Made by a program: the position numbers and the translations under genes
Notes under the pieces: generated by a model
Databases searched by the model: none
What the model was told of the DNA's origin: nothing
Seen by the model: the letters and a program-made list of their open reading frames with translations, nothing else
Assembly: GCF_048593235.1 (NCBI RefSeq)
Contig: NC_133623.1
Location: 40,416,211 to 40,480,210, forward strand
DNA: 64,000 nt
Direction: 5' to 3'
Source of the DNA: Sminthopsis crassicaudata
Taxonomy: Eukaryota
Shown: one piece after another, positions 31,271 to 45,700 of the stretch
Layout of the letters: each line of letters opens with the position of its first letter
Position numbering within the stretch: position 1 is the first letter of the stretch

Positions 31271-34200
31271 CTCATGCTTTGAGGTTCATTTAACTATGCT
31301 GCAGTCTATTTGTGCCCACTCTGTGTTTCTCCATTACCCCTTGGGTGACCCACAGTTTTCATTTCAGCCATAATACATTGCTAAAAGAATATTGGTCTTT
31401 AAATATGAATTTTTTATTAGGAAGAAGCTTGGGGACGTAAGTGCTGAACGATTTCTCAAATGTAATTCTATTTGCAGAAATCGGCACCATTGAGCTGGTC
31501 TCAGAACTAAGAGAACCCACAGTGAAGTCATAGATGTGACACTTCCTGACTATGAGACCCAGGCTAAGTGAATGTTCTAGACTAGGACTTTCTAAGATCA
31601 TTGGTGGCAAAGAAGATTCCAGCACACATTGGGAGAGGGAGCTGGCTTTATCGGTGTGTTAGCAGAGGCAGTCCCCGTTTCTGTCTGTGATTGTGATCAA
31701 CTCAATTGGTTGCTTATCAAGTTGCACATAATAGTCTATAAAATAGTTGTTTTTCATCCACTTTTTTGCTTTTTACCATGTGGATCATTAGGCTTTGCCC
31801 ATCTGAGTGATTAGACTCCCTGATAGGCTGAAATCTAGGGGACCTCACTATTTCTAGGACATCTCTCTTCTGTTTCAGTCCTCTGCTCGAAATTTCCCAC
31901 AAAGAGGGCAGCTATGACAAGTAAGTGTCTCATGAATTATCTCATATTTGATATTTGTCATCAGAGGGTCATTGAACAGTTCTATGTGTTGTTGCATCTA
32001 TCAAGAAGTCTTAACTTATGCAAGAGAGATCCCTTTGGAAGAGATGCTTTAGGGTGACATTTGACTCTATGTCATCAAATTCTTTTTTCTAGTCAACCTA
32101 CAGTATTTGTGGTTGGCTATAATGCATTAACTACTTCTTTCAATCAGGAGGACTGTTCCTAACCTCTACCTTTCTTCGATTCTCTACTGTTTAATGTAAT
32201 TTCTGAAAGCTTGCTTACTCTGATTGCATATTTTTTATTAGGGATGTCTTCTGCAGTTGAATAGCTCATTCTCTTAAAGGTTTTGTAGAGCTAGAAAACT
32301 GCGTAGGTCTGTCGTTATTGATTTTTTTTTCTAAATCATCTTTTTTTGGGGGTAATGATGTCATCTAGGATTTCACCCCCCCCAAGTCATTCAGTGTCTG
32401 ATAGCCTGAAAATCGGTCCCACAGCATCCTCACAATTGTTGTGCCTAAAGCACTAATTTCCATCTGCTCTAGCATCTCTTCCTATCTCTGTTTTGTTTTG
32501 TGTCATTCTTAAATCCTCATATACCATGTTGGGTTGTTTGAATCTAAATGCAGTGGCCCCACTGTCTCACTGGAAAAAATATTCTGTTAATCATTTTTTT
32601 AGTCTGTTTTTGTCCTTCTCCCACTTTTATCTTTCATTGCTGTTGGGATGTTCTGGCTTAATCAGGCCACATGCCAAGATTTCTGCCAACTCATTTTTCT
32701 ATCTACTACTTCTCACTGTTTTATGAGTGATTCTGCTCATAATCTTTCTCTATCCTCTTGTGTAAGATTTGTTCAAATGGATTTATAGTCTAAACTGGTG
32801 TTGCCCTTGATTGCCTATCTCTTCTTGGCAAGGAGATCAGGTGCCTGCTGCCTGAGCTGGTTTTAATTACTCAATCAACATGCATTTATTAGGCACTTAC
32901 TATATGTTGGACACTATGTAAAAGTTTGTGGTCTCCTTTGATCCCCTCATTTTGGTAGTTGTTTTACATTAATTAAACCATCCCTGCAACATGCAGTGGT
33001 TTGTACTGATAGTTGATTTATCCATTAACCATCTCTTTCTCCCCCTCTCTCGGTCTCTCTGTATCTCTTTGTCTCTCTGTCTCTGTCTCTTTCTTTCTGT
33101 CTCTGCCAGTCTGTTTGTCTTTCTCTGTGTGGCTTGCTTAAAGTAAGATAGTTTGAAGACTTTTTTAATTGCATCCCATTTTTATTCTTTCTTGTATTTT
33201 GGTATTGATTTTCATGTTTGCTGTAACACATCAATGGCCTGAAGCATAGACAGCTGCTTTGGAAATTGTCATTTAAATAAGTACTCATTGAGTGTTAAGA
33301 TGTGATCTATTTCATTTGGAAGGGCTGATGTTATTCAATGTTCCCCACATCCATTACCTTTTTTTTCCCTCTCTTTTCAAATAAGACAATCGTGATTTAT
33401 ATGTGAGGTTTCTGTGTTGTCTCCAAGTCTTTGGCTTCTTTTGTCGCTTGACCCTGAGTCTCATTTTCCAATGTACTTTTCGGTGCCCGCGCCCATGCCT
33501 GTGTTTGCCTTGAAGTGGAGTCTTAAGGTTTATGCCAGTTTAATTGGGAGGATCTCACTGACCTCTTCCTAATATTTCTTGTATCCTCTCTTGCTCTTCA
33601 ACAGGTGTAGGTATATAATGTGCCATTATCTTCTGGGTGATCTCTCTGCTTAGAACTGTGTTGATAAGTCACGACAAGGTGATCTAGCTTGACAGGAAGT
33701 GCTGTTTCTTCTTGCCTTTGGACACATGATGAAACCTGCTCTGCCAACTCCTTTATTTGTCCCAGCAAAGAGAATCTATGAACCATCCATCCATTTAGTT
33801 ATGCCTCCTTTATATTTTCTCATTTCTTTTGGCGCAAGAATGTCCATATTGACATATTTCTTTCTCAAGTGGCTCACTGACTACACTTAATTATAATATG
33901 ATATATGATATACTATATAATAATTTTCCTACTGATCTTTGACAAGCAGTGTTTGTTGCCTACTACCACCATAGTGGAAGCCATTCTAGCTTGGTAGGCC
34001 CAGTCAGAGCTGAAGTTCTGCTAGAATAGCTTTTGACAGCCTGGGACCACCTTCAAACCTGATGTCTCAGGATTTCCATGTCTCCTGTTGGTGTACAGGA
34101 AACCTCTTTGATTTCTTAGCATATATTTTCTTCCATCTTGAAACAGAGAAATCCAATGGAACACATCTGTGATTTGATAATGAAGTTCAATGGGGAAGAT

Positions 34201-36032
34201 AGAAAAGCCTTGTCAAACTTCAATCTAGAGGTCCAACTGTGTAGGGCCGCATCTGGCCATTAAATCAGTATTCCCACCTCACTCATTTTCACTAATAACA
34301 CTTGGAATGTTTAGAGAATAATGTCCTCTTCCTCTTTTCAGCATAGACTATTCATGTTCTGGCATTGCTACCGTGAATGTTCTTGGATAATTCAGAGCAT
34401 TGTATGCTTTTCTTTTATAAGACAGATTTTTTTAGGGAGAGAGATTGATTTGACTGTGCCTATGGTAGCTTGAATTCTAGATGATATATTTAAATATAAA
34501 ATAGATATGTTTACATAAATGTCTTGATATACATATATCTATATAGATAATATAAAGCTGGAAGGGATCTCAGAGCTTATAGAGCGTAAAGCCCTTATTT
34601 TTATAGAGGAGGAAACTGAGGCCCAGAGAAAAGGGAAGTGACTTGTCCAAAGTTACATATAGGAACCTAGATCTAAAATTAGAAGGGACCTCAGAGGTCA
34701 TCTAGGTCAATGTTCTCATTATATAGACAAGGAAACTGAAGTTCAGGGAAATGAACCTACCCTCATTCACTTTTTGGGTGAGTTTGGTTTCTCTGATCTT
34801 GAATTGAGAAATTCGAATATATAGGGATAATGAATTCTTGACAGGTAACATATACCAAAGGTTTTATTCAGTTCAGTTCAATGAATTTTGATTAAGCCTT
34901 GAGCCTTGAAATGACTGTACTATAAAACTACAGTGAAATCACAGTCCAGAATGTTGTCCCTTAAAGAAAAGTTTAGTGAGCTTAAAAAACAGATATACAC
35001 AATAAAAATGGAAAGAAAAGAGATTTGCCCATTGATCCCAACATATATCTTTGTAAATAATGGGTGGCTCCCGAGGTAATTTTAACACAGACTAGGCAGT
35101 CAGAGAAGGGCTCTCAACACTAGCTTTGGATGACATGCTCATATAGACGGCATCGTAGATCTACTGGAATATTGGACTTTGCAGTTGGAGAGCTAGAGGG
35201 AAATCTAGGCCTATTGTGGGCAAGACATCTCTGTGAGCCTCAGTCATCACGCCGTGTGAAATAGAGATAATCAACCTTGCCCTGCTATCTTGGTAGGGTG
35301 GTTCTTTTGGAAACAGCTTTGCAGACTATAATGGCTTGTAGAAAGGGGCCTGTCATGGCCAATCGGTTGATCCATTGCTTCTGACACGAAGAGCAAATGC
35401 AGTTGTTAACTTTATGAATCCAGGGCCTATATTCATCAGAATGCTAATATTCTGTTCTTATTAGACCATTTGAAAGTTAGTCATTTTTATGAAAAAAAAA
35501 TGACATTCCAATTTACTGTTGATTTGCTTTCAAACATTATCAATTTGGACGATAATGAGTATGTTTCTTTATAAGTTGCATCAAGGAAAAGGAGTAGAGA
35601 ATTCTTTATCCCCCTTAAAGATCTAAATAACTTTTTAACTGGATCTAATTTACTATTTGTTTCTGGCCAAGGTCATGGTACATTTTGAAAGGTAGTGGCA
35701 AGAGTACGTCCATTGACATGTGGTTGTAACATTGTCCAGAAGATGGAACTGAGGCCCCCTGGTGGTGAAGTGAACTTGCTCAGGGTCACATTAGCAATAA
35801 ACATTGCCATTGGGCCACTATCCCAAGAACCAGCTCTGTTTCCGTCATGCCCTACATTTGACCTTTGCAGAAGAGAGTAAATGTTAGTTCTGATGGGGGG
35901 GCCTGGGATACATACGTGCTGGGTGAGTGCTGCCATCTGTTTGATTCTATGATCCTCTTCATCTCTTCAATGTTTTCCAGAGGGGAACTACTTCCAATGT
36001 TAAAACACAGTGACTTCAACTAAATGGAGTAA

Positions 36033-36305
36033 GGGGTAGCTGGATGCAGCAGTGAATAGAGTGCTGGGCCAGGAGTCAGAAAGTATTGAGTTCAAATCCA
36101 GCCACAGGCATAAACTAGCTGTGGGATCTCCAGTAAATCACTTATCTTTGTTGTCTTCACTTTCCTCAACTGTAAAGTGGACCTATAATAGCATCTGCCT
36201 TACTCACAGGATTGTGTGAGGATCAAATGAGATAATACTTGTAAAACCACTAAGCACTGTACCTAGCCCCATAAGAGACCTTTAATAAATATTTATTCTC
36301 CCTTC
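36033..36305 (+). mobile_element. Near full-length MIR/Mar-type CORE-SINE
   Basis: tRNA-like head with gagttcaaatcc B box, CORE, and the tail gtgaggatcaaatgagataatacttgtaaaaccactaagcactgtacc...aataaatattta. Confidence 0.8.
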
Positions 36306-39300
36306 CTCCCCAGGGATTTCTTGGCTGTAGTACAGACCTAGCAGAAACCTCTATGTCCCAGTTTCAAATACTGATTACTGTCCTCTTCCCAGGAAATGGG
36401 AGTCAGTGCATCAGGGATGTTTTGAGCAACTCTGAATTTTTTCCCTTAGAATGGGAAAGAAGCATGTTCGGCTAGATGACACTTATTACTCGTGTGATCT
36501 TGAGCAAATCACTCCCCTTCCTTGGACCTCAGTTTCCAGTTTCCTCTTATGTAAAATGATGGGGTTGGACTAGTGGCCTCTGAGGTCTCTTCCAGTTCTA
36601 GAGGTATGATCTTAAGATTCTAGAAAATCACTTTACCTTGCTGGTTCTTGGCTTTCTGATCTGCCAGATCGAGGGATTTGGCATCCCTTTCGATTCTGAA
36701 GCTCTGATCCTAAAGATCATCACTATGGGTGCTCCCTCTGTCCACTGAGAAACAGACACTTTGAATGCCTTAATGAAAGGTCATCCTGAGTTACCATGAC
36801 TGAGGAAATTCCTCTCCTGTCAGCCAGCCTTCCAGTGGCCAGTGAGGCTCGTGGACGTGGACTGTTTCTCAGATAGTAGATATGAGATTAAGCACTAGGC
36901 CTATATTTGGCAATTTTTAGCTCAGTAGGAGATACCAGAGCCTAGGCTCTCCTGGCAAGATATTCCAGAGCCCAAGGTCACTTCTATGCTGCATTGAAGA
37001 ATTGTAGGAGGAATCAAAAATATAATTTTTCAAGCTATCTTCAGTTTGACTGTAGCCTTCCTTCCCAAACTTATTCCATAGTTCTCCTGGTTAGCCACTC
37101 TTTACTCCAGCTAATTATGTGACCCATCTCTTGACTCCATGCCTTTATACTGGCTATTTCTCCAGCCCAGGATGTCCTCTTCACCTTGGTCTCCTGTTTC
37201 CTTCCAGTGATACCTCCTATTCATTTCATTAACCCATTCAAAATCATTTAGGTGCCCTCCTTCTTGCTAGGGTTGCTCTGGATGCTTCAGACACAGAGGG
37301 GAAAAGGAAACTGTCCCTCTCCTCAGAGACTTTCCAGTCTAAAGAGCTGGGTAGAGCTGTGTGGCGCTCCATCACAAAAGAACGGGCTAAGATTCTTCCC
37401 TTTTTCTCTTTATATTCTCTCCGCCTCGCACATGCTAGGTATGTGATAAATGTTACATTTTGTTAAATTGAATTGAATTAAAAAGCATTAGTATGATTAG
37501 CTGCAGTGTTGCTAATATTTTCTAAACCCGGGTTTTTATCCTATTAGTGTTGCAGATAATTAGTGTTGCTGATGGAAAGCATCTCCATTTGGATTTTAAT
37601 TTTAATGAGAACTGATATATGCTGTATCTCTCACGTGGCTACGCTTTCGATGATATTTGTGCCTCGTCATTAGTTCTAATGGAAATCTCAGTCTTACCTG
37701 CTTTGTCCTTCAGTGCTGGCCTAGAACTGTAGAACCTTCCTGATGGAAGGGACCTGCCACATCTGCCTGTCTGGGAACCTTCAGCCAAAGCGGCTCCCTG
37801 GAGCTGCTGGACAGTCCTTGGATCACGTGGATGTGTTCGAGACAAGAAATTACAGGTCTTTGTGAGCAGAAGCAAAGATTTCCACTGTAGCACTGCAAGT
37901 ATGAGAGCACTCTGATCTGAAAGCTACCCCTCCCCAGAGCTCTTCAAGGCCTGGGACGGTTTCTTTATTGCTTTTGCTTTCCCAGTTCCCAGCACTGTTG
38001 CAGGCACAGAAGAGGGACTTACTCTATTCCCTTCCTTTGATGGATGAAGGAACTGAGGTCAAAGAGGAGACTCATATCTTTTAACTACTATCTGGGATTC
38101 CATATTGACAAAACTGATCTTTCTTCCATCTTTCTCTTCTGCTTTTTCCTGCATGGGGAAGGGGAGTAATTAAAACCTGATCAGCCCTTCCCTGATCTCC
38201 TCCTGCTCTTTCCTATCTCTGTGCATTTCTGGGCACATTCTCTCTTCATCTCCCTTGTAGAATTCTTTCTCTTCTTTCTGGGCCCAGCTCAGAAGCCCCC
38301 TTCTCTAAGAGGGTGATTCATATACCCTACTGCAAAAGTGATGGCTTTTTCCCTCCTTATAATTTTGTAAAGTATGGGGTCCAGATTTCCTTTCTGGCTT
38401 TATTCTCCCTTGTATTGTACCTTGAAGGGTAGTCCCTTTTTACAACAGGGCTCCAGTGTCATATTCCACTAATGGTGCTGTGTAGACATCCCTTTAAAAG
38501 CAGACGTGAATATACTTGACTCGCCCTTTAAGATTTGCCAAGCAGGAGAAACTTGCATCCTTTACTGATGGGAAGAACTTTCTGCTTCTTTTGCCAAATA
38601 ATCAATAATTCTACAGGTGCCAGCAAGACTTTGGACCATTATTTTTATCCTTTCCTCATTATTAGCATTTATAAACCAGCTGTTTGATGGCAAAGAGTGC
38701 TAGCAATTGCTTGGCGTTTTTGTGCCTAATTGCAGTGACAAAGTGGCTACTAATGCGAATTTTCATTTTTCAAAGAGTCCTCTTCTGTTAATCAAGGCCT
38801 CCTGCTAGAGGCAACATTCAATTATAACTGATCAGCATTGACAGAGGGGGCGGAGAGAGAAGAGAGGGAGGAGGAGAGGAGGCAGAGTGAAGGCAGAGTT
38901 GACTTTTTTTTTTTTCCAAATTCCACTTAGGAATTCAAAATACGACTGGCAGATTTGTATCATTTTCCATTTACAAAGGACTTTCTTCACAATGACTCCG
39001 AGTTGAGAGGTGCAAGTATTGTTATCCTTATTTTACAAATGAGGAGACTGAGTCCCAGAAGGGGAAAACCCTCTTCTTAGGCTCAAAGATTTAGATCTGG
39101 AAGGAATCTTGGATTACATCTAGTTCAACTCAAATGATCCATCAGTAGACTTTTATTTAAGTGCCTACTGTATACCGGGTTCCATGCTAAGTGACCATGT
39201 TACAGTTGAGAAAACTGAGGTCTAGAAATGTTATGGGTTGTACAATACACCTATTTTCTCAAAATTGTGGATAAGGGATGTTGGAAACTGATTATGAAAG

Positions 39301-39486
39301 CAGTCAAGGCTCATTTATGGCAAGATGACAGGATGAGCTAAGGTATCCCTCATCCTGGGGTGCTATAACTTAACAAATCATCACTTCATTCATTCTCTAG
39401 TGTCTCTACCTCTAGTTTTTTTCTTCATGTCTCTTCTTCCCTTCTTTGCTCTTCCTTACCTTTCTTTTTTTCTCATTCCACTAGTC

Positions 39487-39689
39487 CAGGGGTGGGGAAC
39501 CTCTGGCCCTGGCTAAATAAGGCCCACTAAATCATTTGCATAATCACCCATCGGTGCTGATGAGCTGAAAGCTAGGTAGAACAACCTCCCACTGCTTGTG
39601 TTACATAAGTTGATAATTTTGCTGTGGCCTGTGAATGGTGCTATAAATATCCCCATGGCCCTAGGCAGAAAAAAGGTTCCTCACCCCTG
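39487..39689. mobile_element. hAT-Charlie MITE (MER3/MER58-like, 203 bp)
   Basis: TIRs caggggtggggaacc / ggttcctcacccctg. The 8-bp flanks cactagtc / ctctaggc match at 6 of 8 positions and share the CTAG core. Confidence 0.85.
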
Positions 39690-42389
39690 CTCTAGGCTTT
39701 TCCATTGAGGAACTTGAAAATAAGCATACTCTACAGCAAGTGCTTTAAAAAGTCTTCTTTGCCCATTGTGAAGGCTAAGAAAATTGAATTTTAAGCTCCT
39801 TGAGATCAAGGACGATTTAGTTTCTTAACATCTTAACATCCCCCCAAAAAGATGACCCAGGACAGAACCTTGTGGGGGCACTCATAGTTAGGGGTACCAG
39901 ATGGATGATGAGTCAGCCAAGAAACCCAAAATTAAAGAGAGTTGGAAGTGAGAGACAGTGGTGAGACCAAAACCCAAGGAGGCAGAGTCTAGAAGAGGCT
40001 GCTCCACGTTGTCAATGCAGCAGTCCAGTGAGGTGGACTACATTGAGCTTGAAGTTGGGAAAGCCCATTCATCTGGGCACTTAAGAGATCTTCGGAAATT
40101 CAGGAATGTGCAGTTTCAGTTGAGTGATGAAAGAACTGCAAAGGGCTAAGGAGCGAGTGAGAAGAGAAGAAGTAGAAATGCCCGGCTCAGACAGCTTCTT
40201 CTAAGAGATGAGCTGGGAAAGGGAGAAGAAAGAGGACAATACTGTGAACAGATTACAAGGTCAACTGAAAAAGGGGAATGGATGTCACTTTTCTTTCTGA
40301 GCTTCAGTTTCTTCCTCTGTAAAATGGGAATGATAAGTCTAGCCCTCCACACCCCACAGGGCCATTCTGGGAAAAGTGCTCTGTGAACTAAAGGGCTCTC
40401 GAGAATGAGCTATGCATCATTTGCCACCGTTCCTGAAGACTAAATTTGCCATTAAAAAAACAAACAAGACTCAAGAACTGTGAAATATTCTATGACAGGC
40501 ATTCGAATTAGAGGCAGCCCATTTGCCCTTGTGCCCACTGAGCTATTTCAGTACTCATAAGAGCAGGTTATCTCTGCGCACTAAGGGAGCCAAATGTTAG
40601 TTTAAGGCAATGGTATGTTTGCCCTTGGATGGCTGACAGCCTTTCCCCATTCCGATATCATGCGTGTACATATGGGAGAAGGAACAGTTTAAGACGATGA
40701 TCACGTAACTGAGTCTTCGGCTAGTTTCTCAGTTAGCTGTACTGCTGATCAGCATCTGCCTGAAACGTTATGTACCTTAAAAAAAGTGGAATTGAAAGAC
40801 CAAATCTTAACATAATTTTTAGAATGAATTAGGCCCTAATGACAAAAATGATCCTGGAGTGCATTTGGGAGTACGGTGTGGCCTAATGGTTAGAACCCTG
40901 AATCTGGATTCATCAGCCTACCTCTGCCACATATTGCCTATGTAAACTCTAGCAAGTCCCTTCTGTTTTCTAGGCTCCCATTCCTTTCTCGGAAGCTATG
41001 CAGTATGATAGCTAAAGCGTTGAACTTGAAGTCAGGATAGACTTGAAATCAAATCTGTCTCTGATACTACCTATGTAATCCTGGGGAAGTCACTTAAATT
41101 CCATGAGCCTCAGTTTCCTTGTCCATAAGATAGAGATAGCAATAGCTTTTCTCACAAGGTTGTTATGAGACTCAAATATAATAATATTTATAAAGCATTC
41201 TGCAAACCTAAAGTGGTATATACATGTTTGATATTACTATTATTATTAAAAAGAGAAAGTTGCACTAAATGACAGAGAGCCATTCCAGCTTTAAATATCT
41301 GATACTAAGAGAGTTTTCATTTGCTGTTCTCCAGCAGGAGACTGAGAAGATCTGAGCCCATATTCAAGTTAGGCTGAGTCGGTCGATGGGCATTTATTAA
41401 TGTGTGTGGCAACAGCTGAGCAAAATCAAAATACAGTCCATGTCCCCAGGCAGCTTACCGTCTAGTAAAGGAAAAACCATGCAGGCGGTTAGGTACACAC
41501 AAGCTGGAGACAACACACAAATTGGGGTAGGAGCAGAGGGAAGCAGTAAGAAAAAGAAGACCAGGAAAGGGTTATTGAGGTTGGGATATTTTAGCTGAGA
41601 CTTGGAGGCAGTCGGGAAGTCAGGAGGCAGAGAGAGTTCCCGGCCCAGAGGACGGCCGCTACTGTGACTGGCCAAGTCATTCCCCATTCTGGGGCTTCAC
41701 TTTGCTTTTGCAAAAATGTCTAAACCAGATGGTTTGGAGGTCTCTTCCAGCTCACGATCTAGGATCCTGAACTGCACAAGTTCTGATATTTCCTTTGGTT
41801 TAAACACATACACACACATGCAAACCCTAACAAAATCGAGTTTGTTTCATGTCTTGCTACTGTCATGGGATCCCGTCTGCCTCCTCTAGCCTAGATTCAT
41901 GGATCAGTGGCGTTTGTTTATATAATCTCAGAGCTGGAAGGGACTTCAGGGACCAACCAATCCAACCCCCCTTTTTCCACGTAACAGTGAAAGGGATAAA
42001 ATCTCCCTGGGAGAGAGCTTCCACATGGGAGTAAATCTAGGTATTGAGTCCTGGTTGAGGTGGCTGAGGGGAGTAAATCCTTAACCATTCTAAGTCGGGA
42101 GAAGGGGAAGCTGGCATAGGAAAGCAATCACACACTTGCCAGTGAAACAGTCCAAAAGGGGCCTGATGAGCTGCACACAGACAGTGTCTTTCCCCTTCTC
42201 TCCTTCCTGTCTCCCTTTCAAAATCTCTTTCTCACTGTCCAGGAGCTTTAGATTCATGAACTCCTCTCTGTTTATATTTTGTCTCCTCCTCTTTTTGAAC
42301 TGTCTCTTGCTTCTAGATCACTACTGGTGCAGTTACTGCAAAGCACGCAACAAGGATTGGCAGCTGTTACTTCGTGTTAAAATATATTT

Positions 42390-42560
42390 CATTATATTTT
42401 TTACATTGCCTGAATTACACCCCCCTTCACTGCCATATTCTTCCCCCACCCAAGAGAGCCATCTCTTAAAACAAAGAATTTGGATAGCAATGGGAATAAG
42501 TGGTAGCAAGGGAAACAGAGAATGCAAAGAAAGGGGGTAGCCTCTACATAAATGAAGTTT
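42390..42560 (-). mobile_element. L1 3' end fragment
   Basis: ttttttacattgcc...cccccacccaagagagccatctcttaaaacaaagaa resembles the antisense marsupial L1 3' UTR. Confidence 0.55.
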
Positions 42561-42624
42561 ATAGTTGGCCACTGGAATCAAAGATTCTAAACATTACAGG
42601 AATCAGTTATTATTGTTTTATTTT

Positions 42625-42762
42625 ATTTTTTCTTTTCTTTTCATTTTTTAAGGCAGTTGGGCTTAAGTGACTTGCCCAGAGTTGCACATCTAGGAAGTGT
42701 CAAGTTCCTGAGGTCAAATTGGAATTCGGGTCTTCCCGTCTCCAGGGCCGGTCCTCTGTCCA
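42625..42762 (-). mobile_element. WSINE1/SINE1-like SINE
   Basis: T-tail followed by aggcagttgggcttaagtgacttgcccagagttgcacatctaggaagtgtcaag...aattcgggtcttcc. Confidence 0.75.
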
Positions 42763-45700
42763 TATTATTCTTTTGTTATTACTTTAACTTCTTTTCTCAA
42801 GGAAGAGTTGAGGCAAAATTGAACGAGTGAAGGCACTTCTTGGTTTCTGTAGCCTCTTTCACTTTGGCTTCCCAGAGGAAGGCTATTGTTGCCTCAGAAG
42901 GGGCAGTCATACTAGCTCACCAGAACTGGTTCATTCGAAACCCTCACAGCTTGCACGGATCCTACTTTCTTTTTGTCTTTTATTATAGAACAGATTGAGA
43001 TGTTCACCACAGTCCCCACAGCAGAAGATTTCAGTGTTTTGGAGGGGAGAGCAGAGGATCATTGGCTAAGGGTGTTCCACAAATTTGAATTCCTGATCTA
43101 GTGTCATTCTCCCAGAAATCTTCACCAAATAATCCCACGAACCCCATTTACTAACAGTGGGGAGTGGTGGACAGAATGCTCTATGGAAATTGGAAAGACC
43201 TGGCCTCAAATCTCACCTCAGATACTTACTAACTGTGGGATCCTGGGCAAATGGCTGGAACTCACTAGACCTCAGTTTTTTCATCTGTAGAATGAAGATC
43301 CTTTCCAACTGTAGATGTATGAACCTGTGATCCTGTGTGTGACCTCAGGCAAGTTCCTTTCTACCCTTGGGTCTTAGTTTCTCCTTCTGTAGAATGAGGC
43401 AGTGGATCAGATAGATAATAGCTAGAATTTGTCTAAAATTCAAAAGGTTGCAAAGCATTTTATGTAAACATCTCATTTATTCCTAACGGCAATGCTAGGA
43501 AGTAGCTAGTTTTATCATCTTCATTTTATAGTTGAATAAACTAAGGCAGACAGTGGTTAATTGACTTGTCCAAGGTCACATGACCGGGCACTCAATGCAA
43601 ACTCTGAAGCATTTGAGGAGCCCTAGGCTTAGTGCTTGGAACATAGAGATAGTGATGACCCAGCTCACACCCTCCAAGAGTGTACAATCCAATTGGCTGT
43701 GGTTGGGAGAGGAAGACATACTGGAATAGCTGTGGCCTTAGGTGTGGAGTCTGCAAAATGAAATTCTAGCCCTGGAACCACCACTGTGGACCAGACACTT
43801 TGCATCTCTGGGCTTCTGTTTTATTCTCCATCCATGAGGGTTTGATGCAAAGGATGGGCTTGAATCACAGCTTTGCCATTTCCTGCCGATGTGAATACTT
43901 GACCCCTCAACCTTATTTTCCTCATTTATAAAATGACACGGCTGGCCTAATAAACATATGCTCTGTGATCCCATGACTAGACAATGGCTGGGAATCCTCC
44001 AAATGCTACCAATCTCTCATTCTACGCCATGTTTGTTACCACCTCTGTGATTTTACTCAGATTGTTCCCCTCCTTAAATGCCTTCCTTCCCCCCAAAGCT
44101 GCCAAAAGCAAGCCTCCCTCTCCTTATCCTTCCCGAGCCCCTTAGCCTTTCCCCCATCACCATTTCTAGCTCTTGATCTTTCAGTAACTGGTTCAGGTTT
44201 TGCTTTGACCTCCGCACTAGACAAAAGCTCTCACAGGCCAAGGGCCATTTTAATTTTGCAAGAAAAGTACAATCTGACTCTGGCTCTTAACCCATGAATG
44301 TGTAACCAAAGGAACCCCCCCCATGGAGATTAGCCACCCCTCTTTATGGAGCCCTCACTGGGTTGGGAGAAGTGGCTACACTAGGACTTGTCTTGGCCAT
44401 TGTCTTTTGTCTCTGATTCTATTTGCAAAGCGACTATAATCACTGATTATTTGCGGTGTATCATCATAAGAGCACAACTGTAGTTCGGGAAGCCGTCTCG
44501 GAAGCCATCTAGCCCAAGCTAGATTTTACAGGTGAATAAACTGAGACCCAGGAAAGTGAAATGACTTGCCCATGGAGTCTAATGGGGGGATTCGCCATGT
44601 ACACAAAAAAGTAATTCTAAAGTGTATACAAAGATAGAGAAAATATGAGAGAGGGAGACAGAGACAGAGAGATATCAGAAAGGGACTCTTGTAGAAGATG
44701 GCCCCTGAACTCTGCTCTGCAGGAGGCCAAAGGTTCTTTCAGGTGTCTTCCGGGCTCAGGAGCCAGCCTGGCTCCTCTGTATGGAGCCAGGAGATGGGAT
44801 GTTACATACAGAACTTTGCAGACATGTTAGTGACAAGAGGAATTTTGGGTAGCTGTACTGGAGACAGGTGGGACTCAGACTGTATGGATCAGGTGGGGAG
44901 AAGAAGATTGTGAAATTCTAGACTAAGGAGTTTGAAGCCTTGTGGTGATGTCAGTTATTTTTAATTGCATACTGATTGTTAAAGAGACTCATTATTTGTA
45001 GACATCAGTGGCCATTTTTGATAAAATAATAATGATAATTTGCATTGGTTTACACAGCACTCTTTTTTTGGGATTCAGGTAAAAGCTAAAATGAGTCTGA
45101 GTTTAGAATGCCTCAGAGTGGGCGACCACACAGCTCAGAAATGCCAGAGGCACAATTTGAAACCGAGTCATCTCGACGACGCCAGATCTGCCACTGAATC
45201 CACCGAAGACGTCTTTGTCGTTCCCTTAGGTGCTCATCAGCTTGTTGACTCTTCGGGGTCCTTGCCTTGTTCCAGCATCACAGTATCCTAATTAATAACT
45301 GCAGTTGTATAAGAGGACAACTGGCATTTTTGTGACATAGTGAGCTCTCTGCCTTTACAAGATTTATAGTAGTCTAGATCTGGCAAGGAAGCTGTAGAAG
45401 GGATTGCTTAATTGTATTAGAGATTGAACTTTCAACTCGAAGCTTCTCACGCAGGAGCAAAGAGTCACCATCTAGGGCTTTGAAAGAGTTAATGCACCGG
45501 GATCAGCGCCATGAAGCCCACGGCTTCCATCACTAAGTATTTATTGGGTGCCTAGCACATGGCAGGTAAGTCATTTCTGGGAGCTCAACTTTTGACTTCT
45601 ACCTATTTTCCTTTTCTTGACTTTGAGCAGAGATCTGGTTGGGAGGTGAAGAATCCATCTATTTGTGGGCCTCTGCATTCTTTTTCCACCTTTCCACTAA

